This document shows positions 18,503 through 28,253 of a stretch of 64,000 nucleotides of DNA, one piece after another. The notes beneath the pieces were generated by a model that made no database searches, had not been told where the DNA came from, and was given only the letters and a program-made list of their open reading frames with translations. This stretch comes from Candidatus Eiseniibacteriota bacterium (GTDB lineage Bacteria; Eisenbacteria; RBG-16-71-46; CAZAMP01), in contig OZ245046.1 in assembly GCA_965224245.1 (NCBI GenBank), positions 3,040,001 to 3,104,000 of the forward strand, written 5' to 3'. The first letter of the stretch is position 1; each line of letters starts with the position of its first letter. Position numbers and translations under genes: made by a program.

Positions 18503-19542
18503 GTCCGGCTCTCCGCGTCGCGCTCCGGCGCCGGTGGCGGGCGCTCCCCTCGATCCTCGTAGATCGCGGCGATGATCTCCTCGGTGGGCGGATCCTCGAT
18601 CGTCACGTCCGCCAGCGGAAGGGCGCCGAGGTGGCCCACGACGTCGGCGATCGGGCGCACGTCGGTGTCGATCTCGAGCTTCAGCCCGTACTCGGTGGCG
18701 CGCAGCACCCGCACCCCCTCCAGCCGTGCGGGAGGCTCCACCGAACGCTTGAAGCGCAGCCGGACGATCTTGCGGCGAAGGTATCGCCGTCGGAGCGCGC
18801 TCACCCGATCGTCGAACACGCTACGACCGTGGTTGATCACGATCACGCGCTTGCACAGCTGCTCGATGTCTCCCGCGTCGTGCGAGGTCAGGAGCACCGT
18901 CACGCCCTCCTCGCGGTTCAGCTCGCGCACGAGCTCGCGAATCTGCTGCTTGGCGACCACGTCGAGCCCGATCGTCGGCTCGTCCAGGAACAGGACGCGC
19001 GGACGGTGCAGGAGCGACGCCACGATCTCGCACCGCATGCGCTGGCCGAGACTCAGCTTGCGCACCGACGTCCCCAGCAGCGGACCGAGGTCGAACCGCT
19101 CCACGAGCGCGGCCCGACGGGCTCGGTACTCGTCGCGGGGGATCTCGTAGATTCTCGACAGAAGCTCGAACGTCTCGCCGGCCGGCAGGTGGAACCACAG
19201 CTGTGAGCGCTGACCGAACACCGTGGCCACGTTCATCGCGAGCGTCGTGCGCCGCCGCCAGGGGACGAGACCGAGCACGCTCACCGTGCCCGCGGTCGGG
19301 TGCAGGATGCCGGTGAGGATCTTGATCGTCGTGCTCTTGCCGGCGCCGTTGGGGCCGATGAGCGCGAGGGACGCGCCGGCGTCCAGCTCGAAGCGGAGAC
19401 CCGACACCGCCTCGATGCACTCGTATTGCGGCCGCAGATACGACGACAGGATGCCGCTCAGACCCGGGCGCCGGATTCGCCGCTCGAACGTCTTCACGAG
19501 CCCGTCGACCGTGACCACCGCCGCCATCGTCGCCTCCGGCAC
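18499..19542 (-). CDS. ABC transporter ATP-binding protein
   Basis: GPNGAGKSTT, FGQRSQL, LSLGQRMR, LFLDEPTIGLD, LTSHD. Confidence 0.93.
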   Translation of the reverse strand: MPEATMAAVVTVDGLVKTFERRIRRPGLSGILSSYLRPQYECIEAVSGLRFELDAGASLALIGPNGAGKSTTIKILTGILHPTAGTVSVLGLVPWRRRTTLAMNVATVFGQRSQLWFHLPAGETFELLSRIYEIPRDEYRARRAALVERFDLGPLLGTSVRKLSLGQRMRCEIVASLLHRPRVLFLDEPTIGLDVVAKQQIRELVRELNREEGVTVLLTSHDAGDIEQLCKRVIVINHGRSVFDDRVSALRRRYLRRKIVRLRFKRSVEPPARLEGVRVLRATEYGLKLEIDTDVRPIADVVGHLGALPLADVTIEDPPTEEIIAAIYEDRGERPPPAPERDAESRT

Positions 19543-19718
19543 TTCGGATCATCGGGTATTCCAAACACAGACGCGCTCGGGGCGCACGATGTTTCGCCGA
19601 AATCCGCGAGCTCGGTCCCGCCGCGGCATGCGCCGGCGAGCGCGGCCGGGATTGCGCGCGGCCGCACCTCGACGGTACGCTGCCGGCACGCTGTTCACTT
19701 CCGACTCCGAGGTGTTTC

Positions 19719-22700
19719 GTGCGCGATCCGGGCCATCATCGACGTGATCGACGCTCGGCGCGGCGCCGCCGATCCGGCCTCGCCCGCGTGCGCCGCGCGG
19801 CCGCGATCCTCGGGCCAGGCGCTCTCGCGGCACTCCTCGCGCTGTGGACGCTGGCGATTCCCTTTCCCGGACACGCGTTCGCGCCGCGCCCGTTCGAGGT
19901 CGAGCACGGACCTACGGGCCTCTCGGAGGTCTCGGACCTCCTCCGAGACGGCGAGTGGACCGACGCGGTCACCCGCGGACGAGAGCTGCTCTCGGAGGTG
20001 GAGAGCGAGTACGGGCCCGAGAGCCTGGAGACCGCGCTCGTCCTGGATCGGCTGGTCGAGGCGCTGTGGCGGGCCGGCAAAGCGGCCGATCCCGACGTGG
20101 TCGGCTACGCCGACCGTGCCCAGGCCATCCAGGAGCGCGTCCTCGGACCCGACCACCCCGAGGTGGCTCAGACCCTGCAGACGGCGGGCAATCTCTTCAG
20201 CCGGCGTGGCGAGTACGAGGAGGCCGAGACGCGGCTCACTCGCGCGCTGGCCATCCGGGAGGCCGCGCTGGGTCCCACGCACGAGCGCGTTGCCGGTACC
20301 CTGAACGATCTCGGGATCCTGGCCGGGCGACGGGGCGAACACGCGCGCGCGGCCACGTACCTCGAGCGCACGCTCGCCATCCGCGAGGAGATCCTTCCGC
20401 CCGGCCACCGTGAGCTCGCCGAGACCCTCGGCAACCTCGGCTGGCTGTACAACGAGTCGGCGGAGTACCCGAAGTCGATCGCGTACAGCCGCCGGGCGCT
20501 CTCGATCATGGAGAAGATCGAGGGCCCGATGCACCCGATGGTCCTGGGCCTGCGCAGCAACACCGCGGTCGCACTGCTCGGGTTCGGTGACCACGAGTCC
20601 GCGCTGTCCGAGTTCCGGGGCGTGCTGGCCGCGCTCCTCGAGTCGCTCGGGCCCGATCATCGCGAGACCGGAAAGGCCTATCACAACATCGCGGTGGTGA
20701 ACGAGATCAACGGAGATTACGCGGCCGCCTACGACTACGCACAGAAGGGGCTGGACGTCTTTCATCGCGCGCTCGGTCCGGACCATCCCATCCTGTTCAA
20801 CCCGATGACGTTCATGGGAGATCTGTCGCTCGAGCTGGGCGACGTGGATCGGGCCGAGCGGTGGTTCTCGGACGCGCTGGACCTCGCCCGCTCCATCGAT
20901 CCGACCCACCCGGACGTCGCATCCGCGCTGAAGTCGCTCGGCCGCGTGCACCTGCGTGCCGGTCGGCTCGACGAGGCGGAGACGGTCCTGACCGAGGCGC
21001 TCGCCATCGCCGAGAAGAACCCCGGGGCGGCGCGCGACGACGAGGGCGGGATCCTCGCGACGCTCAGCGATCTCGCCGACGCACGAGGTCAGCTCGACGC
21101 GGCCATCGACTACGCGGCACGGGCGGTCGAGACGTACGCCGAGGCCACCGGTGAGCGCAACGTGATCACGCTCACGGCGCTCCGGAATCTGGCCGTTCTC
21201 GAGGATCGCGGCGGCCACCACGACCGGGCCGTCGCCGAGCTCGAGCGCGTGGTGTCCGGCTTCGAGGACATGCTCGGCCCCGATCACCCGGAAGTCGGGC
21301 AGACGTTGATCGCCCTCGCCCGGGCCGAGATCGAGATCGACCCCGAGCGCGCGTTCGAGCTGGCGCTCGACGCCGAGGGCATCGTGCGCGAGCACCAGCG
21401 CATCGTCACGCGGGCGCTGCCCGAGGGCGTGGCGATCCGCTACGCGGCCGTGCGCGCGTCCGGACGCGACATCGCCCTGACGCTGGCGTCTCGCGCCGGC
21501 CCGTCGAACGCCGGCGGACGTGACGAGCGAGCCCTGGACGCGGTCATTCACTCCCGCGCGGTCGTGCTCGACGAGATGGCGTCGCGCCATCGCGCGATCT
21601 CGGGCGACGCCAACGTCGAGCTGATCGCCCTGCGCGAACGCGAGCGGCGAGCCCGGGCTCGGCTGGCCAACCTCGTCCTCCTGGGTCCCGAGAACATCGA
21701 CTCCGAGCACCATCGCCGACTCCTGGACGAGGCACGGGACGAGCGCGACGCCGCCGAGCGCGCGCTGGCGGCCGCCGGCGAGCTCTCTGCCAGCCCCGTG
21801 GTCGGGCTCGACGACGTGCGCCGGCACCTCGATCCGTCGCAGGCGCTGGTCTCGCTCGTTCGCTACGACGACGCCATCGACGAGCGCGGTCGCTATGCGG
21901 CGTTCGTCACGACGGCCGATCGTGTCACCCTCGTGCCGCTGGGCGACGCGGACGACGTCGACGCCGCGATCCGCCGCTGCCACGACGAGGCCGGCCTCGG
22001 TGCGCTCGTCCCCGGTCGCTCGGACGCCGAGGCCGAGGCGGCGTACGTCGCGGCGGCCGGCGAGCTGGCGGCGCTCGTGTGGACGCCCGTGCGGTCCCAC
22101 CTCGGCGCGGCCGCGCGCGTGTTCATCGTCCCCGACGGACTCACCAGCCTGATCGACGTGGCGGCGCTCCCCACCGGCGACGGAGACTACGTGATCGACG
22201 AGCCTCTGCTCGTCCATCTCGTCAGCGCCGAACGCGACCTCGTGCGCGACGAGCCCGACCCGCTCGGACACGGGCTCCTGGCGTTCGGCGCCCCCGAGTT
22301 CGATCGACAGGACGCCCTCGTCGCGGCGGCGGATCCGGCGAGCGCCGGCGCGGGGCCCGCGGTCTATCGCGGGTCGGCGCCGGGATGTCCCGAGTTTCGC
22401 GACGTGCGCTTCGAGTCGCTTCCGGCCGCGGCGACCGAGGTCGAGGACATCGAAGGGCTCTGGAGCGCCTTCGACCGGACCGACGACGTCACCGCGCGCA
22501 CCGGTGCCGCCGCGAGCGAGGCCGCGTTCAAGGCTCTCGCCCCCGGGCACCGCGTCCTGCACGTCGCGACGCACGGCTTCTTCGCGGGACGATTGTGTGC
22601 CGCCGACGCCGGGGGTACGCGCGGCCTCGGCGGACTGACGCACGCGACCGCGTCCACCGGATCCGCTCGGATCTCGTCGACCAATCCGCTGACGCTCTCG

Positions 22701-23117
22701 GGGCTCGTGTTCGCCGGCGCGAATGCGCGCGATGCCTCCGGGCCGGACGACGAGGACGGCCTCTTGACCGCCGAGGAGATCTCGGCGCTCGACCTCCGCG
22801 GGGTCGAGTGGGCCGTGCTGTCGGCGTGCGAGACCGGTCGCGGCGAGATACACGACGCCGAAGGCGTCCTCGGCCTGCGACGCGCGTTCCAGGTCGCGGG
22901 CGCCCGCACCGTCGTCATGAGCCTGTGGCCGATCGACGATCGGTTCGCGCGTGACTGGATGATCGCACTCTACCGCGCACGGCTCGCCGAAGGCCTCGGC
23001 ACCGCAGAGGCGGTGAAGGCCGCCTCTCGCGCGAGCCTCGAACGACGGCGGGCGGCGGGCGCCAGCACGCACCCGTACTACTGGGCCGGCTTCGTGGCCT
23101 CCGGAGACTGGCGCTGA
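19719..23117 (+). CDS. TPR-repeat CHAT (caspase-like) protease with N-terminal signal peptide
   Basis: Hydrophobic leader ending AFA; repeated LGPDHP-type TPRs; IVPDG, VLHVATHGFF, VLSACETG, MSLWPIDD, HPYYWAGF. Start may be slightly downstream. Confidence 0.9.
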   Translation: MRDPGHHRRDRRSARRRRSGLARVRRAAAILGPGALAALLALWTLAIPFPGHAFAPRPFEVEHGPTGLSEVSDLLRDGEWTDAVTRGRELLSEVESEYGPESLETALVLDRLVEALWRAGKAADPDVVGYADRAQAIQERVLGPDHPEVAQTLQTAGNLFSRRGEYEEAETRLTRALAIREAALGPTHERVAGTLNDLGILAGRRGEHARAATYLERTLAIREEILPPGHRELAETLGNLGWLYNESAEYPKSIAYSRRALSIMEKIEGPMHPMVLGLRSNTAVALLGFGDHESALSEFRGVLAALLESLGPDHRETGKAYHNIAVVNEINGDYAAAYDYAQKGLDVFHRALGPDHPILFNPMTFMGDLSLELGDVDRAERWFSDALDLARSIDPTHPDVASALKSLGRVHLRAGRLDEAETVLTEALAIAEKNPGAARDDEGGILATLSDLADARGQLDAAIDYAARAVETYAEATGERNVITLTALRNLAVLEDRGGHHDRAVAELERVVSGFEDMLGPDHPEVGQTLIALARAEIEIDPERAFELALDAEGIVREHQRIVTRALPEGVAIRYAAVRASGRDIALTLASRAGPSNAGGRDERALDAVIHSRAVVLDEMASRHRAISGDANVELIALRERERRARARLANLVLLGPENIDSEHHRRLLDEARDERDAAERALAAAGELSASPVVGLDDVRRHLDPSQALVSLVRYDDAIDERGRYAAFVTTADRVTLVPLGDADDVDAAIRRCHDEAGLGALVPGRSDAEAEAAYVAAAGELAALVWTPVRSHLGAAARVFIVPDGLTSLIDVAALPTGDGDYVIDEPLLVHLVSAERDLVRDEPDPLGHGLLAFGAPEFDRQDALVAAADPASAGAGPAVYRGSAPGCPEFRDVRFESLPAAATEVEDIEGLWSAFDRTDDVTARTGAAASEAAFKALAPGHRVLHVATHGFFAGRLCAADAGGTRGLGGLTHATASTGSARISSTNPLTLSGLVFAGANARDASGPDDEDGLLTAEEISALDLRGVEWAVLSACETGRGEIHDAEGVLGLRRAFQVAGARTVVMSLWPIDDRFARDWMIALYRARLAEGLGTAEAVKAASRASLERRRAAGASTHPYYWAGFVASGDWR

Positions 23118-23216
23118 TCGGGCACGGGTCGTACGCGGGTCGAGCGCGGGCCGCACGCTCCCGGTACGGCATCGATTTCGCTCGACCCGAGAGCCCGAAA
23201 TAGTATCGTGCGCGCC

Positions 23217-23966
23217 ATGGAGACCATCCCCGACCCGGCCATCCTGACGGTGCTCGGCTACGCGTCGCTCGCGGCCATCATCGCGGCGTTCGGCACGCTC
23301 CCCTTCATCGTCCGCGACCACGTCCCGGTTCGCTGGGTCGGCTGGGCCTACGCGCTCGCCTCGGGTCTGATGATCGGCGCCGGCTACGTGCTGATGACCG
23401 AGGGACTCCACCGGGCGGTGTGGCCCGTGGCCCTCGGCGCGCTCGCGGGGGTCGGGTTCACGTTCGCCATGCAGTCCTACACGGGCACGCGCGAGCTCGA
23501 GACGAGCCCCGACGCCGCGCTCGACTCCGGGTACATCGTGAAGTTCGTGCTCCTGAACGCCCTCCACTCGGCGTCGGAAGGCGTCGCCATCGGAGTCGCG
23601 ATGGCGGTGAACCTGACGCTCGGGGCGTTCGTGGCCCTGAGCCTCGCGGTGCACAACGTGGCCGAGGCGCTGGTGCTCACCGACGTGCTGAGGCGCCACG
23701 ACATGCGGGTCCGCCAGGCCGCTCCGCTCTCGATCATCACGAACATCCCGATGGTGCTGATGGCCATCGTGACGTTCGCGCTGGTCCCCGCCGTTCCCGG
23801 TGTGTTGCCGTGGCTGCTGGGGGTGAACGCGGGGGCCCTTCTGTACCTGGTCATGACCGAGCTCCTTCCGTCCGCGTACGAACGCAGCGGACGCACCGCG
23901 ATCGCGGTGATGGTCAGCGTGACCGCCGGGGGCGTCGTGTTTCTGCGCGACTTCTTCGTCAGGTAG
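23217..23966 (+). CDS. ZIP-family metal transporter (divergent motifs)
   Basis: ALASGLM, LHSASEGVAIG, VHNVAEA, GALLYLVMTELLP. Confidence 0.82.
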   Translation: METIPDPAILTVLGYASLAAIIAAFGTLPFIVRDHVPVRWVGWAYALASGLMIGAGYVLMTEGLHRAVWPVALGALAGVGFTFAMQSYTGTRELETSPDAALDSGYIVKFVLLNALHSASEGVAIGVAMAVNLTLGAFVALSLAVHNVAEALVLTDVLRRHDMRVRQAAPLSIITNIPMVLMAIVTFALVPAVPGVLPWLLGVNAGALLYLVMTELLPSAYERSGRTAIAVMVSVTAGGVVFLRDFFVR

Positions 23967-23974
23967 GTCCGAGG

Positions 23975-24706
23975 ATGGAAGCCACGATCCTGCTGGTGTT
24001 CGTGTTCGGGCTGATCACGGCGCTGGCCACCGGGCTCGGCGCCGTCCCGTTCGCGTTCATGCGCAACGTGAGCCCGCGGACGACGGCCCAGGCACAGGCC
24101 ATCGCCGCCGGCCTGATGCTGGGCGCGAGCTTCGGTCTGATCGTCGAGGGCTCCGCCTACGCGACGTGGCAGACGATCGCCGGCGCCGCCGTCGGCGTGG
24201 TGTTCATCCAGGTCGGTCAGGCGGTGCTGGGTCATCAGGAGATCGAGTTCGGCGGCCTCGGCGGCGCGGGGGCCCGTCAGACCGTGCTGATCCTCGTGGC
24301 CATGACCGTCCACTCGTTCGCCGAGGGCGTCGCGGTGGGCGTCGCGTTCGGGGGTGGTCAGACGCTCGCGGCGCTGATCACGGTCGCGATCGCGATCCAC
24401 AACGTTCCCGAGGGGCTGGCGATCAGCGCGGTCATGCGCCCCAAGGGAGCGAGCGTGCTCGCGTGCGCGGGCTGGAGCATCTTCTCGTCTCTCCCGCAGC
24501 CGCTGATGGCCGTGCCGGCGTTCCTGTTCGTCGAGCACTTTCGCGCCGTCCTCCCCTACGGCCTCGGCTTCGCGGCCGGCGCGATGGTGTACATGGTCTT
24601 CCTGGAGATTCTGCCCGACGCCTACCGCGTGGCCCGGAAGTCCGAGGTCGGGCTACTGGTCAGCCTCACGCTGGGGGCGATGATCCTGTTCCAGCTCCAG
24701 CTCTGA
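23975..24706 (+). CDS. ZIP-family metal transporter (ZupT-like)
   Basis: VHSFAEGVAVG, IHNVPEGLA, FSSLPQP, FAAGAMVYMVFLEILP. Confidence 0.88.
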   Translation: MEATILLVFVFGLITALATGLGAVPFAFMRNVSPRTTAQAQAIAAGLMLGASFGLIVEGSAYATWQTIAGAAVGVVFIQVGQAVLGHQEIEFGGLGGAGARQTVLILVAMTVHSFAEGVAVGVAFGGGQTLAALITVAIAIHNVPEGLAISAVMRPKGASVLACAGWSIFSSLPQPLMAVPAFLFVEHFRAVLPYGLGFAAGAMVYMVFLEILPDAYRVARKSEVGLLVSLTLGAMILFQLQL

Positions 24707-24827
24707 CGCACCGGCTCCCGCCGGGTCCTACGGGGAATCCGCAGTTGTGCGCGAGGGCCGCGTTGCTACCATCGTCGCCCCGGTTGACGGCGGGTCCTCG
24801 CGGACCCCGCCGGAGAGGAGGTGACGC

Positions 24828-26528
<1,701 letters not shown>

Positions 26529-26595
26529 TGGCGTCAGGATCGAGCGTCGAGCCGCACGATGCGGCCCGGTCCAATCCCGAAGGAGACTGGTCGAC

Positions 26596-26847
26596 ATGAA
26601 GGACGTGATCCTCGAGTACGTTCGCAACGAATACCTCGACGAGGACGACGACGACGACATCGAGCTGAACGAGAACACGCCGCTCATCTCGAGCGGCATC
26701 GTGGACAGCTTCTCGATGGTGAGCCTAAAGCGCTTCCTGGAGAAGAAGTACGACATCACGATTCCCGATGCCGAGGCCACGCCGGACGCCTTCGACACGG
26801 TCGAGAAGATCGTCGTCCTCGTCGAGCGATTCCAGAAGGAGGGATAG
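26596..26847 (+). CDS. Stand-alone acyl carrier protein
   Basis: 83 aa, acidic, GIVDSFSMV phosphopantetheinyl-Ser motif; AGGAG RBS. Confidence 0.9.
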   Translation: MKDVILEYVRNEYLDEDDDDDIELNENTPLISSGIVDSFSMVSLKRFLEKKYDITIPDAEATPDAFDTVEKIVVLVERFQKEG

Positions 26848-26851
26848 CGCC

Positions 26852-28099
26852 ATGGCCTACCCGGCCGCGTTCAAGAAGGCCTGGGAATCCGAGCTGGCCG
26901 ACATGCGCGAGAAGGGCATCTACAAGGAAGAGCGCTTCATCCACTCGCCCCAGGCCGCGGGCATTCGTGTGGAGTATCCGGCGGGATCCGAGCTGAAGGA
27001 GGTCATCAACCTCTGCTCGAACAACTACCTCGGGCTCTCGAGCCACCCCGACGTCGTTCGGGCCGCCCACGAGGGGCTGGACGAGCGCGGCTTCGGGCTG
27101 TCCAGCGTCCGCTTCATCTGCGGCACGCAGGACATCCATCGCAAGCTCGAGAACGCGGTCACCGAGTTCCTGGGCACCGAGGACACGATCCTGTTCCCGA
27201 GCTGTCTCGACGCGAACGCCGGCGTCTTCGAGGCCATCCTGGGCCCAGAGGACATCATCATCTCCGATCGCCTGGTGCACGCCTCGATCGTGGACGGCAT
27301 CCGCCTGTGCAAGGCGCAGACGGACACCTACAAGCACGCGAACATGGCGCACCTCGAGCAGAAGCTCGAGGAGCACCAGGACAAGCGCATGCGGATGATC
27401 GTCACCGACGGCGTCTTCTCGATGGACGGCGACCTGGCTCCGATGGACCAGATCGTCGCGCTCGGCGAGAAGTACGACGCGCTCGTGTTCAGCGACGAGT
27501 GCCACTCCTCGGGCTTCATCGGCAAGACGGGTCGCGGCGTGCCCGAGCACTTCGGCGTCCACGGCAAGCTCGACGTGATCACCACCACGTTCGGCAAGGG
27601 CCTCGGCGGCGCGTCGGGCGGATGCGTCTCGGGTCGCCAGGCGGTCGTCGACCTGTGTCGCCAGCGGGCGCGCCCGTACCTCTTCTCGAACACGATGGCG
27701 CCGCCGGTGGTCGCGGGAACGCTGAAGGTGCTGGATATCCTGTCGCACACGACCGAGCGCCGCGACAAGCTGGAGGAGAACACGCGCTTCTGGCGCAAGG
27801 GGCTCGCGGAGGCCGGCTTCGTCCTGAAGGAGGGCGACAGCCCGATCGTCCCCGTGATGCTGTTCAACGCCAAGCTCAGCCAGGACGTGGCGCGCGACCT
27901 CTACGCCGAGGGTGTCTACGTCATCGGGTTCTTCTTCCCGGTGGTGGCCCAGGGCCAGGCGCGGATCCGGACGCAGCTCTCGGCCGACCACGACATCCCG
28001 ACGCTGGAGCGCGCGCTGGCCGCGTTCCGCAAGGTCGGCGAGAGGTACGGCATCCTCGGGCTGAGCAAGAAGGAGATCATCGAGACGTTCGGCGCATGA
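26852..28099 (+). CDS. kbl: Glycine C-acetyltransferase (2-amino-3-ketobutyrate CoA ligase)
   Basis: NNYLGL, SVRFICGTQ, TDGVFSMDG, DECH, TFGKGLGGASGG, RQRARPYLFSN, PVVAQGQARIRTQ. Confidence 0.9.
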   Translation: MAYPAAFKKAWESELADMREKGIYKEERFIHSPQAAGIRVEYPAGSELKEVINLCSNNYLGLSSHPDVVRAAHEGLDERGFGLSSVRFICGTQDIHRKLENAVTEFLGTEDTILFPSCLDANAGVFEAILGPEDIIISDRLVHASIVDGIRLCKAQTDTYKHANMAHLEQKLEEHQDKRMRMIVTDGVFSMDGDLAPMDQIVALGEKYDALVFSDECHSSGFIGKTGRGVPEHFGVHGKLDVITTTFGKGLGGASGGCVSGRQAVVDLCRQRARPYLFSNTMAPPVVAGTLKVLDILSHTTERRDKLEENTRFWRKGLAEAGFVLKEGDSPIVPVMLFNAKLSQDVARDLYAEGVYVIGFFFPVVAQGQARIRTQLSADHDIPTLERALAAFRKVGERYGILGLSKKEIIETFGA

Positions 28100-28253
28100 C
28101 CGGTACCGGGGGCCCGGAGTCGAGATGCTACACTGCCCTGCCGCACGGGTGGACCCGCGCGGCGAGCGACCCCTCGCCTCGCGCGGGAGCACGCGCGGGG
28201 CCGGCGGGCGCGGCCAGGTGCGCCACGACTCCGAGCCCGAGGACGCGTCGACG

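Noticed and set aside
19695-23699. 1334-aa minus-strand ORF and many similar long ORFs (e.g. 55876-59343, 38608-41430, 4858-7128)
   Set aside because: Antisense or off-frame shadows of motif-bearing genes, expected at this GC; R/G/A/P-rich with no domains.
26852-28099. Serine palmitoyltransferase / sphingolipid cluster
   Set aside because: The layout is similar, but the AOS motifs (FICGTQ, RQRARPYLFSN, ARIRTQ) are Kbl-type and the ligase is acetate-type.
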